From contig JAQGDQ010000006.1 in the NCBI GenBank assembly GCA_030141605.1, forward strand, positions 744,001 to 808,000: a stretch of 64,000 nucleotides of DNA, read 5' to 3'. The DNA comes from Tubiluchus corallicola (Eukaryota > Animalia > Priapulida). The translations under genes were made by a program, and so were the position numbers. The notes beneath the pieces are model-generated. The model saw only the letters and a list, made by a program, of their open reading frames with translations. It was not told the origin of the DNA and ran no database searches. Below, one piece after another: positions 26,603 through 41,344 of the stretch. The stretch's first letter is position 1; each line of letters opens with the position of its first letter.

Positions 26603-27846
26603 CCGTATTTTCCCGTGTATAAGAGACCCTTTTTTGCTCAGAATTTTCACTTTAAAAATAGGGGGTCTCTTATACATGGGAGTAAGTTTTCAATAAGATG
26701 CATAAATTGTGACACTAATGATTTTAAAGAAATAAGTGCTCTACAACTGTTTTATTTCGAATAATTATAGTTTCCTTTCAATAAATCTTCTCCATGGCTA
26801 AATTCTAATGATAAAATTAATGTACCGGGTAAGTTATTATTTTTTTAAATGTCAAAAGAGGACAATGCCATTTTTGAGCAGAGTGACTCCTCTGATGATG
26901 AACTGGCTGGAATTGCTGAAGGTCTGACTCCAGTTGATATTTTTGATGAGAGTGATGAGGAATTTAATGATTTCTATGATGATTTGATTTGATTGAATAT
27001 CTTTATTGACATAAACATATGATAATAACAATGTAATAATTCATGTGCTAATTAATACTGTAAAATGTTATTAAAGCTGTTTCCAGCCCACTTGGGCTTA
27101 CAAGTCAATTTCATGAAAATTTATCACATAATAACTGTGCAGTTCATTTACATAGAATATCAAATAAAAGAAAATATATAATATGGAATTTTAACATATA
27201 CCTGAATGGACAAGTCATGTATTAAATATATATCTTGCTTTGCCTCATTCTAAAAATCTTATAAGCATATTTTGCAGTCCTAAGGACATTCTCTTCTGAC
27301 ATAATATATTTCCATTTATTTACATTATCTAATTGTTCCGGGTCCATGTTAATATCTTGGAAAAATTCTTCTCTCTCTAGTCTATAATGTGTACAAACAA
27401 ACATAAAGTGAGATTCATCTTCTACATCTCCACAGCAACATATCTTACACAAACGTTCACCAACCTTAACATTTCTAAACCTACCATGCTCCAGTTCCAG
27501 GGGAAGAGTACCACTTCTTAGCTTTGCAAGCACAGACCTGTATTTTCCTTGCATATTAATATAAACATATGGTTCTACTCCAAAGCTGTTCTTATACAAT
27601 ATATATGTTCTAAGTTTAGGGTAATCTGCATTTTTTGCTTTCCAATCAACACAGTGTTTCTCATACAGCTGTGCCCATGCTCTGCTAAGAGGTACAGTAT
27701 CCATATTAACAAAAGCTTGCTGGAACCCTGCTTCCTCTAGGATGAATAAAGTTATTCATTACCAAAAAACTTTTTTCCAGAATTTTTGCCTAAAAATTGA
27801 AGGGGTCTCTTATACACAAGGGTCTCTTATACATGGGAAAATACGG
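26603..27846 (+). mobile_element. pogo/Tc2-like internally deleted DNA transposon
   Basis: TA|CCGTATTTTCCCGTGTATAAGAGACCC ... GGGTCTCTTATACATGGGAAAATACGG|TA near-perfect TIRs, repeated GGGTCTCTTATAC sub-terminal motifs, and an acidic transposase-tail-like peptide at 26849-26976. Confidence 0.9.
26983..27735 (-). mobile_element. 5'-truncated LINE 3' fragment (RTE-X-like ORF2 C-terminus with CCHC finger) nested in the DNA transposon
   Basis: ORF 27222-27704: KLRTY...LAKLRSG...LELEHGRF...ERLCKIC...EDESHF...C; minus-strand AATAAA followed by (CAAAT)n tail at about 26983-27007; candidate TSD TCTAKGATGA at 26973-26982 and 27736-27745. Clade label from recall. Confidence 0.85.
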
Positions 27847-30800
27847 TAATTGCAGGGAATAAAGCTCGTATATACACTAGTAGTTACTGTTTTCATTTGT
27901 TGTCATTGTTATTGCCATTGCTACTGAAAGTCCACATAATTTCACTAATATTCACTAAATTTAAATTCGATTTAAATTGAGTTATGAAACCTGCGAGAAA
28001 GCGTATTTTCAAGGATAAATCATAACATAACATAACGTTATGATATTACTAGATCAAGGCAAATTAATATTTTTGGAGTTTCACACAGCAAATGTTTCAG
28101 ATTAATTTTTGAAGTGCAAGGTTAGCCTTTGCCATGCAAAATTGAGTTCAGGCATTAATTCAATGAAAACTGCATGAGTCTAGATCTGAACTGGTCGGCT
28201 GGGGTGTAAATTTGATGAAAAATTACTGCCTGTCACAGGTTAACATAGTTAAATGAGTGTTTATCACAGTTAAATAAGTATAAGTAACAGATCATTTCAC
28301 ATCATGATCAAGGCATCAAGCTCAATAGTCACACAGAGATCATTCTAAAATTCACAGTTCTTAGTGTTGCAGTAAATCGGCAGGTTTTTTTCTAATAAAT
28401 TATTTGTGTGATAGGAACATGACTGGTGAGAAATTTCACATTATCTATCTATTTTGTGCATGAAACAGCTTTTTTGTTGATTTCAACAATATAGTCACTG
28501 GCGACCAGATTTGCAACAGTGCAATATCTATTAAAAAAGTAGTCGTCTATGCATTAGTTTAAAAGTAATTTCAGTAGGTTTTGATACCAACTGTAAACAT
28601 TGTTAGCAATAATATAATTACAAGTATTATACAATTATGCATAGCTGTGGTGAAGCAGATTGCTCGGATATGTAGAACTTTATATAAGCTGGTGCCCCTT
28701 TAATGTGGAAAATAAAGTAAAAGTTGTATTTGCAGGTATAAAAATGAAATAATATTTGTTAATTTTAAATTACAGATGATATGGGTTTTCAAGAGTTGAT
28801 TTACCGATGTAGATGAAAATAAAGTTTAAAGATGACTAAAAATAAAGATGAAACTGAACATTCAAATATTTCAACATGGTCAATGAGCATGTTGACTCAC
28901 TTTTCTTTGGCTCTTTTGGCTTAGTTTGAAATACTGCTCAAAATGCTCATTTCATGCGATTGGTACAAGTTAATTAACAAAGAATAACAGTAATATGGCC
29001 CTTCTAGAAGCTGCATGACCAAAGGACGAAAATGGCCATGTGACCATAGAAAAAAGCTTCCAGTTCCTTTGGAAAGCTACATTATTCACTTAAATAATTT
29101 TACCTTTGGACACGTTCATGGTTCCAGACTGGTATGCTGTACAAGTTAACCCAGGAATATGATCTGTTCGATAGCTCTAGTTCTCTTTCAGTGTTCTTCC
29201 AAAATCATCTGAATCATAAAAAGTGGGTAATTTTATGAAATGGATCAACTAAAATGAATCAAAGAGTTACTAGTTGGAAAACTTCAAATGTAAACCACGG
29301 GTAGCTAAATTTTGCATACTTGCTGTGTAAGTAAGCATGCTGCACCATACTATTACTATTATGCGTATTATATAACAAATTTCACATAACAAAAAATGAT
29401 GCATTATGTAATGGACAAAGGTAGGTTTGGTCTTCAGCAGCAGGGTCTTGTCACGGCCTGGGTGTGGTCTAATTATTTGGCTAGGTTAGTTTCCTTCTCC
29501 TCTAGATGTAGTTCTGGCTCTGGCTCCAACTTGATGACGTGGTCTGGGCTGGGGTATGGTCTATTAAAGGCCGTTTGCGTTTGATTTGTTAGAGACACAA
29601 GTTCTTGGTCATCTTGTTGGACGGAATTCTTGTACAAAGCATCAAAAACAACAAGTTCCACCGTAGGAAGTTGTTTCAGCAGGTCCCAGGCAGACTAACA
29701 ACAGACCAGACCTCTGATAATAATAGATCAGATTTCTGAATAACCAGAACCCAGACAAATAGTTATAGGCTACTGACAGATCACACCTTTATACTGTATT
29801 TTAATACTTTATGTCTGGATTGCCTTTCTTAGCAAGCTTGGCACTCGTATTTTCAAGTCTTGAAGTGGAAAATTTGTTTTTAATAGCTGGGCTAAAATTA
29901 ATTAGTAACTTTACTGACTTCTTCCAGCACTTCTAGCGGTTCACTGCTGACAATTGCTCAAAAGAATTCATGGGCTTGTATCAAGTGCAAATACATTTGA
30001 AACTTGGTTTGAAAACTATTGACGGGTGATTTTTCTTGAAGCCTGAAATCTTTCAAATGCAATACGAAATAGTTGAAACCAACTTTTGCGTTTTCAAGTT
30101 ATAGCCCAAATGCCTTTTAAAAAGCTTTATCAATCTAAAGTAAAGCTTCAGGCGGGCCAGTCAAAGAACGGATGTCTTGTTATATAGCATTTCTGTAACT
30201 GTTTATGTATTTGTTTTCTCTTTATTAAAGCAATGACGCAATTTTTCATTAACGCTCTTTTTTATGTACAGTATTATATAGAAAGATTAAAGATTTTTTT
30301 CTGGAATATGAATTGTCGACTTGTTGCAATCCTGCATGCTAATCGACCACATTGAAACATTGTGGTTTAGGCCCACGGGGTGCTCGTTATTTCCATATAC
30401 TGTGCGGCCACAGTTCTTCCGGGGTAAACGATGGCTGAAAAGAAGAGATTTTACACATTTCTAAGCAACGCAAAAAAACAAAATTTTTAGTATTTATAAG
30501 TAACACAGTTAAAAAATACCAAAAGTGCTTTTAAGTTTAAAATATTTCGAGAATAATTATAGAGACGGTGTCACATTATTTGTAAACGAACTGTCCCTGA
30601 CCTCTACACGATCGGGTGTGTCTTGGAACTGCTGGCCAACAAGATGGATTTATGTCAGTGGAAACGCACAACTTAAACTCTGCGGTTTCAAAGTCATTCG
30701 ACGTCTGCTGAAGCAAATACTTGTTGGTGGAAACTAGTGACACAGGCAACAATCTCGTACACTCTTTAACACTAGGGTTCCCTGTTGCTTGAGTTACCAA

Positions 30801-32243
30801 TGCCCATTTTTTCAAAAATAATTAATGCGCACTGCTCCGTCCCAAAAGATGGAGCACAACTCAAAGCCCCAGGGCCAGGAACCTGAAATTACTATTCTGT
30901 AGAACCTTTTGCTTGGATACACAGATTATTTGGATAATACCGACCTATCTGAATAATGTTGACCTAATATTAACATATCTGAATAATAAGTTTTTTGGGC
31001 GCATAAATCACTTGGGCACGTGGTTTTCAGCCTAAAAGCCTGATAAACAGCTATATAATCAGCCTAATATAGGTAATCTTGTCAAATGTCACCTAAACAT
31101 ATAAGCAATGTGGATCTGTATAAGTCATCTTGAAAGTTGAAACGTACGTAATTTGGTCACATAGTTAATTTTGACATGCACGTTACGCATAAGCAGGGCA
31201 AATTCAATCCAGATTTTTTCATATTTTTTATTCCACCCTTTTTATTCTAAATTCTAATTACATAATTAATTAGTAAATCAAAGCAAAAAAATTAATTTAA
31301 ATTATTAAAACAAGTTATACATGAGTAAAAGAAGCTCTATTATAATTTTCATGAAAGGTAGTCAAGCTGAACAGCACAGAAGGCGGTTCAGGCTTACAGG
31401 TTCATAAGTCAAGCACCTCAATTTCGTTCAGTTCAAAAGTTTTCTTCCGTTTCGACGACATTTCACGTTTTTCAAGTAATTTTAGTCAAAGTTTAGCCAT
31501 CCTTTTAGCTTTTTTTAGATAATTACAAAAAGCAACTCCTTTTTTTAAAATAAATACAAGGTACAATTTTTTGTAATTAGCTAAGGCAAGCAACAGCCGT
31601 GTCGCTCCGACTCACGTGTGATCACATGGTCGATCTCTTGAAATGGTAGCTATTACGATCATGATTACACTATAATAGTGGCAAAGTGTAATTAATAAAT
31701 GCGTGGCATCAATACCTAAGCTACTAAGGTTCTATAGGCAAATGTTCATAATGAATTTAAAGCATTTTAAAAAAGGCACGAAGGACAGTACGGCTACTGA
31801 ACAGGGCAAATAAAATGTCCCAGAAGATAGATTTCTTTATTTTATACGTTGTACGTCTGGCAATATTACATTGTGCTGGAATAACCAGAATATTATGTTT
31901 CTTTTTTCTTTGTTTCAAATAAGTCGTTCAAAAGTAGCAAATGTATAAGGACTAATCAAGTATGAATGTAATCGTGCCAGCCCGTAAACCACACCGAGTC
32001 ACTCACCTTGCCCTGACGCCAACTAAAGTGTAAAATGAAAATTTATCCTAAATGCCTTGAGCACAATTGCCAACAAAGTTAAGCAAGTTAAGCGCTTTGA
32101 CATTGGAACGGCGATACCCAGAACCGCGAGGCTAGTAGACCGTGAATTTACGACAAGCATGAACGCAGGAAACATTATGTGAAAGAGAACGATCATGTAA
32201 TAATATCATGTATTGAAATTTCATGTATGTTTATATTGTGACG

Positions 32244-35200
32244 ATGGCAGCAAAATATGGCAAGATTACAATTGTCATCTTTAGTGTGTGCTTTGGCAGC
32301 GGTGAGTTTTCAATTTTTAATGTAAAAAATAGTTCATGTAGGTCAAAATGTAAATCAAGCTGTTACAAAGCTAGGACCAGGAAGTGAGGATAAAATTAAG
32401 TGACAGGTAGCAGGTCACTTGCTGCGTTATTAAGGTCTGCTGTACGTATTCGGGTGAAAGTTAATTAATATATCTAAATTAAACTTTCGATCACATACAA
32501 GGTCAAAAACATATACTAATATAATTACAGTACTTTATTAACAAATTACTGAGTACGCAATCACAATGTAAAACAGAAAACATAGGAATTGCTAGTATGA
32601 TTGACCAATCGATTCAAAAGATCGTATATGCTTTTGTGTGACGAATAATTATATAGTTTGTATTTGTCGTGTACGCCAATCTTGAGGTTTATTGTAAATT
32701 TCTGATCTTATATGTGATTATAAATTATAATATATATGTGATTTTATAAATGTGTATGTGTCTGGATATTGCATGTCTGTTTTTTTAAATCACTTTATTA
32801 CAACACGGAAGTGCAGCTTCATATTTTTGTACTTTAAAGTGCAATAAATAAATTTTAATCTTAATCCTTTAGGCGTCTCTGCTACTTGTAGTTAAGCAAG
32901 GCAAGATATTTTAGCGCACCAATCAAGGATAATCCCCTGTTTAAGATCAAATTAAAAGTTTTATGGCTTTAGAAAAGTGACTTATCTATACATTTATTAT
33001 GTTTGCTCGCTCCAATCGCTATTAACTTTTTATACCGTTCGAAACAATGCAAACAGGTACCCAGCACTCAACTGCAGGGCTTATACTTGTTGATAATTGT
33101 GGTAGGACTAGAAGTACGAAAATTATTAAGGATATGTCTTTAAACAAAATAGAATACTGGATTAGCACAGATGTCTTAGTACAGTTGTAGGTAGTAGGTA
33201 CATGCACATAATCAGATTCAGAAACGGAGTCCAGGGGATCCGGACTCCTCCCTTTTGACACTGAAAAATAACTGATTGACAGTGAAGTAGTAAATGTATA
33301 ACAGACGTCTCGTTTGCCCTGTAAAGACGAGAAATTTCACTTAATACCACAATCCTGGATTATAGCTTTGCGAATCTGGAAGCCTCCGTAGTTGGTAGGC
33401 CACTGGCACTGTCTAACAACATTACTCTACTTAATCGCAGTGTACAACATATACGAAAATGCCAGTGCGTGTGGTGTGATAGCCTAGTGCTGCAAAGAAA
33501 TGATTCATGATCTCGTCCATGTAAGGCTTCGTAACTACCGTCAGTGTACAATAACATCCCTGATCTACCTAGATGTTTGTTGTGCTGTATTAATTATTAC
33601 TCTATTACATCTCCCTCCAATAAAACAGTAATTAAATACCCAAATTTCCGCTCACATTTTTAAATTTACAATATCACTCGCTCTTTAGTCCATTCACACA
33701 TTCGCTTACTTTTCTAATAACAGATATGCTACTGTGCTGACTTCCTGACGAGATGAGCTGGTTAAGTGGTTTAGCCATTAATCTTTTTGAAAATAAGACT
33801 ATTGGTACGCGATCAGAACCGCAAATAAAATTCTGAGCTAATTTTGGAAATGTATAAACAAAATACCCTTTACTTTCCTTTTTTAAACTTATTAAACAAA
33901 TTACTGAATCAGCCGTTCTGGTTGTTTAAACAAAGTTTAAATACGCTAAAATTAGGAAAATTTTAGTACATTTAAAGTCAAATGTTTTATGCATAATCAT
34001 TAGCTGCTAAATGATCACAAAAATGGCACAACTTTTGATCTTCTGGAAAATTAGAGTACCTTCCAGTTTTTAACATAATGGCAGCAACCCTACATCTAAA
34101 TTTATAATTAATGCATTTCTATGGCTTTTGAGCAATGTGATTGATACATACATCCTCTTTAAAGTTTACAGGATCCCCGTTTATTACGGCCTTACATTTT
34201 TTAGTACACCCGGTTAACTTTTTGATACTAGCCCTGTTCTTCTTTCTCAAAATTACAAATCGACATCAGAAATATCGTCTTTGCTATATGCAAACTGACA
34301 TAAATGTGACATTTCGATGTCTCTGAAATATGATATGTGTGGAAGATCCAGTTTTTCGTATATTTCGCTGCATACATCTTACCCCGCAAGAAAATGTCCG
34401 CCTACCATTTGATCGCAGAAACCATGTAGACTAACGTGAATGCAGCTATAAGCTCTATACGTACAGAACGTACATTGCTCAGATTCATTTACACTAGTTT
34501 GAAAGGTATATGAAAAATTAAAACATCTTTAATTGTTACCAGTAAAACTGAATACGTACATATGCTAATTCTTGTTTATACATTACTTAACTAACTTATT
34601 CATTCATACATGTATTCATTCACATATTTTAATGATAGCATTGTCTCTTTGACTATTCGATAATACACGTATCTACGAATGTGGTATGTGTACCTAAGCC
34701 TTTTGTATTGATAAAAACGTTTGTATTACTTAGATATAAGACACATGCGTTATCTACAAACATACAAACTATTTTTTATAAATGAACATTAAATAATAAA
34801 CAAACAACGGTGAACATGTTTTTAAAAAACATCTTTATTGTTAAACGTTACTTTCAGGTTTAGGACAATTCGGACGAGGTCCGACAAAACCGACCACTAC
34901 AACGCCAGTTCCCACACATACGCCAGCACCTGAGTATGTGCAAGAGAAATGCGCAAACCCGAAAGCTTATTTCATCTCGGACAGGTACAACTGCTCGGCA
35001 TTTTTTGCCTGCGAAGGTAACGGGCAAGTGACCCACAAAGCTTGTCCACCCAACACTATCTTTACTCCTCACCTCAGAGTTTGTACTATTCCACAACTAG
35101 CTAAGAATCCTGAATGTGGCTTCATCTATGAGGCGCCGGAGATTACGACAGAGTTTTACACTCTCTATCCTACAGAAATCGTAACAACTCCTGCACCAGC

Positions 35201-36975
35201 ACAGTCTGCTGTTAATGAGTGCAACAAGGGAACTCAGCACGCAGCCGATCCTGATGACTGTACAATTTATTATCTGTGCATAGAAAAGCGACCAGAACGA
35301 AGACAGTGCCCTCCTGGAAGTATATGGACTCCAAAAAAGTAAGTAAATGCGTTGTTTTTCAAATGGTATTCAGAAGTTTCGTTATGAGAGATTTTGGAGC
35401 AAGGAAACAGTTGTGGTCATGGTGTGTGCTTGGCTGCAGAACAATGTTAAGCCTAGTTAATAAAGTATGTGTGGTAACAGAAAAAATACTTCTGGGTTAC
35501 TTCATTAGCCATGTTACATCAGGTATTTCCCTTGATAAGGAATTATCAAGGTATTATTAAGATGTGGCTAAGTTACTTCTCTCAGCTTGGCCAGTATGTC
35601 ATCTCAAAAGATTAATAAGGAGTCTGGTTACAGTCCTCCAACAACTATTTACATTGCTTGCAAAATCAATAAAGAATGAAACACTGATGACTCAATCATT
35701 AATCACCAAATGTTGAGCCATTCATGTCATTATTATTTAATGAAAAATTGCTTATTGCTTTATAATGCAAATTTCATTTATTCCAGAAGAGAATGCCGTG
35801 TACCAACAGAAGCTGAAAACTCAGTATGTAATTATGATTACGATCCCACAAAAGGTGAACAACGACCTTATGCTGACATAGTGTACAATGAGTGCAAAAA
35901 ACCTAATCAGACCTATGCTGCAGATCCCGACAATTGCTCCGTATTTTATCAGTGTTATGCTTCAGCACCTAATATTCAATACTGTCCACCAGGAACAGTA
36001 TGGACACCCAAGAGAAAGAAATGTTTGCAACCACATCAAGCAACAAATGATGCATGTGGTTATGTGAAAGGCAGTGCAGCATACAGTGTGGCTACTGCGA
36101 CACCACAAGAAACCCGTACATGGTGGTCCCCAACAAAAGATCCTAATTCAAATGGGACAAGCACAACAATAGAAGTGGCCGATTACATCAAAGAAGACTG
36201 TGCAATAGCTAGCTATGAAAACAGAAGTTTTGCAGCAGATGCATATAACTGTGATGTATTTTGGTCTTGTGGTGGAACCATACAGCCGCTTAAATGTGCA
36301 GCAGGTACAGTTTGGTCCATTCCTGACCAGAGTTGTCAAATTCCACAATTAGCCAGAAACCAAATATGTGGGTTTGAAGCAACTGTCTTTGAAGTTCCTC
36401 CCTCAGCAGGCACTCCACCAGAATGGGTTACTTCCGAGGGCCCACATCTCAATCGTGTGAGTACAGATCCTCCGCATCCATATGCGAAGCAACAATGCCA
36501 AACCTTGGAGGTGCCTTTTGCTGCAGATCCTACAGACTGTCAAACATTTTATCAGTGCAACAATGGAATCCCGGTGAAACTCAAATGCGCACCTGGAAGT
36601 ATATGGGCCACAGATACAGAACTTTGCACACAACCATTTGAAGCAAAAAATGATATCTGTGACTTTAAATACAATGGAAGACGACCAGATTTGCCTGGGG
36701 GTCCACTTGAGGGTCCAAAACGTGGTCATCATCCTACAACTAAAACCCCATATCAACGTCCAGAAACAACAACGCCAAATGTTGCAGAAGCTTGTAAAAC
36801 TTTTAAAAAGCAAGCTGCACGAGCATCTGCTAAAGTTAGGCAACAAATAAATGCTTTATGTGGTGGCCATGAGGTACGCTCAAATAGTATCAGAATTAAT
36901 ATCTCGTTTAATCTAATATCCATAAACATATTTATAATAATTGTTTGTAAATTGTTGTATATTGCGAAAGAATAA
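32244..36975 (+). CDS. Secreted peritrophin-like protein with five chitin-binding type-2 (CBM14) domains, P/T-rich linkers and hydrophobic C-terminus, about 575 aa
   Basis: Exons 34858-35338 and 35787-36975 are in frame and give five 6-Cys repeats (C..ADPxxC..FYxC...CPPGTxW....C......C). Exon 32244-32301 (MAAKYGKITIVIFSVCFGS, phase-1 GTGAGT donor) is the best signal-peptide candidate but is less certain. Confidence 0.88.
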
Positions 36976-37640
36976 AACTGTAAGATGAGTTTTATCAATT
37001 TCTGCACTTATAGGTTTTATTATTTGTTACAAAAGCACTTTTGTTGATAGTAGTACAAAATATATACAGAAACAAATAATTACAAATACAAATACTGATC
37101 ATGTTTTCACATTCAAAAGCACGAGATGTGAGCAAAAAAATAACTTACTAATGAACAAAACTTTTGACATCCTAACTGTGAAAAAAATATAAGTTGTAAC
37201 ATTTATTTAGTTACAACTTATCAGTCTTACGAAACCCAGAATCTCCAATTCTCTTTTTACACATTTCCGTCACTAAATAGAGGTCATTCAGAACAAAATG
37301 ACCAACTTATACATCAAATACTTACCTAAAACATGGGTGAAAATTTTTATTAAATCATTCAGCAAGGCTTGGTTATCTAAGCTCACACAGCAGTAAAGAA
37401 GTCATGTAAAATTAGAGTGACAGTTTATCACAACAAGGTTTATTAATAATAAAAAAGATATTTCGGGAAACAACTGCTCATTTCATCACATTACATAAAA
37501 TGGGCAATACAATTCCCAAATGCAAGCTTTAACCAGACCACCGATGATGGGTGAAGATCCCCTGTTTGACATCTTGAGGATTGTAACATTTGACACAAGT
37601 CATTCTTTTTACAAATATATAAAAACGTTATATCGTCGGG

Positions 37641-37664
37641 GAGAGAGAGAGGGAGAGAGGGAGA

Positions 37665-37750
<86 letters not shown>
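37641..37750. repeat. (GA)n microsatellite, about 110 bp
   Basis: Direct reading. Confidence 0.98.
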
Positions 37751-37754
<4 letters not shown>

Positions 37755-37959
37755 ACCACTGCATAATCATCGCTGCGCACAAAACTGGGCACAGTAATTA
37801 TCATCCACAGTATGGAGAGGATGATAATTTATTATTGGTTAATTGAGCAACTACCGCTTCTGTTTTTACAGTATTTCCAAACTATCGATCAACCATTTTA
37901 TGAATCTTGAAACATAATACTATTAATAACAGTAGTATTTATTGAGTTACAACAACTCC

Positions 37960-38214
37960 AGAAGTGTCGTAAAGTCAGGCGGCGGTTACGACAAATTTTG
38001 TTTAATGAGTCCCGTCTTAAATCGCCAAGTGCGCGAAAAGTTAGGCGCGACTAAATGCAACTTAACACATTTAGCTGAATTCCGCCCAATTTTCTTAACC
38101 CCGCGGAAGCTAGTCGCGACTAGGGTGCGACTAAGGTGATAAGTCTACATGAATTCGATGTAAATATTCCCGCGCGCCTAAACTTCACCAGTGCAATACA
38201 TGAATCCGGCCCCT
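37960..38214. mobile_element. CpG-rich DNA transposon end fragment (Harbinger-like terminus)
   Basis: Repeated GCGACTA motifs and terminus TACATGAATCCGGCCCC; partner TIR not found. Confidence 0.4.
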
Positions 38215-41200
38215 GGACTGGTTTATTTTGTATTTAAATTTTGTAAATGGAATACTACATGATTGATCCTATGTAACCTGATGATTATAATGAATGCAGT
38301 AGTCGAATTCCTGAAATATCTTATTATTAATAAACTATGTTGTGATCAACTACCTCATTATTTTTACTTGTGGATGGCTGAATACACAACACTATTCATC
38401 AATTTTTCGGTTACTTGCTAGCGACACATGTAACCTTATAAAACAGGAGTGCTTTATGCCTATTCTCGTTGTTCATGTAATAATTTTTTACTCAGGTTTT
38501 GTATTGTGATGTCACAATACAGTAACTTTCTATTCTAAATTTTTACCATCTAACGGATTTTTTGGTAATGCTAAATGATGTTCTAAATAACATATTCACG
38601 AAATGGATTCCACTGTAATGTCTCCGTGGTAATGCTAAAATAATTAATGGTGTTCTAACTGATATATCTAGGCAGTGGAGCAAAAAAGTCTGAGTAAGCA
38701 GGTAACCTAATGCTTTGCATTCTATTCTAATAATGAATTTTAAGCATTTTAATATTACAAAGTTGCATTAGCTTTTAATTTTAGATGACACTTCCCAGCA
38801 GTGGCTGCGTACATTTTGGTGCAAATAATGAACAAACAATACATGGTACCATCAAACAATACAAGTATTAATTTTGCAATAGTACTATCTTAATTACGGT
38901 TAGTACATAAATTTAATAATATCATTAATGTGCATAATTAGCTATTTGGTTAAGTTCATTTTGTCTGTCTCGTGACCGCAATAATAGAAACGTGAGGAGG
39001 TTCAATTGTTCAATCCCTGACTGGCAGTGAACGAACTTTCTTATGATGTTATCGTTCGCATGGCTTTCTTACTTCGCTTGGCTTCTAGAAGGTTTTGAAT
39101 GATAGTCGATAGTGACATGCCTGTGTGACCTGGGACATTAATTTTTTTATAATACTGCTTGAACTAAGTAAGGCATCCACCACTCGAAATTAAAGAGTTT
39201 ATACATCTTTCTTTATGCTGCGTTTATTTATCTCAGATTATATGGACCAGTAACTACGCTGCAATGTACCACCAAAAATATTCCCTACATAATAGACTTT
39301 AGTTTGCTACGTACACTATGAATAAATATTAATACTAAGCCTAATCAGTTATAAAAAGCAGTAAACTACTATGCGTATTTATGAAATGTGACGTCATCTC
39401 GCAATCGTAACATCGGGAACAAAATTTAGGTGTCGGTTGGACCGAAACAGGTTTTACAATACAAATCCAGAAACTGCAAAATCAGTGGGAATACTTTTTA
39501 ACGGTTCAAACATTTACACAGACGTTTGAACGCTGGGACCTTTACAGTAATCTAGTAAAAGTTAAGGCCATGTAATCTGCCAAATGGTGCCTTTTTATTG
39601 CTTGAAAAGCAGCTCTTCGGCTTCATGTTTTACACTACTGACACCAGAAACCTCTCTACATCTCTTCAAAAGGTTAAGATGACAGAAAATTTTGTAATGT
39701 GTAAAGAAAATAGACTGAACTATTTGAAAATTTAATATTTCCGGAATAAAAAATTAACAGAAATGTCTAGGCACAAATTTTTAGATAACAACTGATACTA
39801 CACAAGGTGTATTATGTCACAAACTTGTTATGCTACGAATTACACAAATGGTTGGTTGTGTTAATCTTGAGACTTTGAAAATGTCACGAACAGCCTCTCC
39901 TTGTCTGGTCTTTTATCTGATATGTTCACAATAAAAGGCCTACGTAGAAGATATACAGAGGCCTGCTGTTACATTCTATAGGTAGATGGCTTCTGGTTCA
40001 AAATTCATTAATGAAATTATATGCCCAACATAAAAACAATCTTGCCACAGTCGTGAAATCACACTAATGGCATTTGTATGAAGAATATACATGTAATGTC
40101 TGTTTTTGTTTGATGAAGAGCAAATTCATTGTTTATTGCAATGACATCTTGTAGCAAATTGACCAATCTTTGTTAAATATGCACATCAGCTTTTGTGTCC
40201 TTGTGCTTTTTGCAGTAGGCCGGTTCAACCAATTATTGCTTAACAAAGCAAAACGATTATAAACAATGCTGTACATTTCACTGGTTTGAACTGAATTTTC
40301 TGATTTTTTGTCATCCTTGAGTAAGTGACGTACTCATTGGCAACGCTTTAATAATAGTCTAACCATGGCTATGGCATTTAAGCTTTGAAAGCATATTCAT
40401 AGCCTCGGTGCAAAATCTAACTGAGCTTGGTTCAAGACACCAGAGGGCATCCTCTCATGCAAAGAGTAGTTAGAGGGTAAAATTTACTCCCACCAGATAC
40501 TGTCAAAGCTTATACGGTGAACAAATTCACAGACAAGCTGGACCAATATTTAGATGCGAAACACATGGAATTGCCACGAATTAACCTCTACCACTTTTAC
40601 ATTAACCGACATAACGGTATGGCATGGACTATATAGTGTACAAAATTTTGACATAAAGATTGGAATATGCCTACTGAAATGATGCTGTTTGCAGTGTACC
40701 ATTAGCATTTTCTCTGGAGAAACCCATTAAAGCAACCTTGAATTTTATCCACAATTCAGAAGCAAGACGGAGTATTCAGTTAGCAAACTAAGACTAAGGA
40801 AGGTTGAAATCATTGTTTCAAGCACGAAACATAGAATAAAGAATGTAGGAATCTCTATGTTTCACAGTATATCTGCCATAAAAATGTATAACCTATAATT
40901 CTGATAAGATTAACAAAATAAAATCTACGAAGATTGTTTTCCCAAGAAATTCTTTATTGCATAAAATTAATAATTAAACATGTATACTTCATTCAAAATA
41001 CAATTTGGTGCAGTAATGAAATTTCATGCCTAGTAAAGTAGAGAGATAAAAAACTCTAACAGTAGTTTCCAAAAAGTTGAACAAAAATGAACAAAAACAC
41101 GACAGAATCTAGATTTACATTCACATCTCATACAAAACGTGGTACTAATCAGGAAACACACAAAGATTAAATGTAAAATTTTAAAAGAAAATAATATAAG

Positions 41201-41344
41201 CATTAATATCAATAATGCTAATTAGTTTTTGGACAGGCTTTACTAACACATGGTAATGCCAGTAAGAAATTATACAGTTTTCACCTCACCAAAATTGATG
41301 GAATACACAGTATTTTACCATAAATGATTATGGGTGTGAAAAAA

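Noticed and set aside
33724-33770. Extra exon of the chitin-binding gene after TTTTCTAATAACAG
   Set aside because: All three frames hit a stop before any donor.
37520-37846. ORF with poly-(RE)
   Set aside because: Translation of the (GA)n microsatellite.
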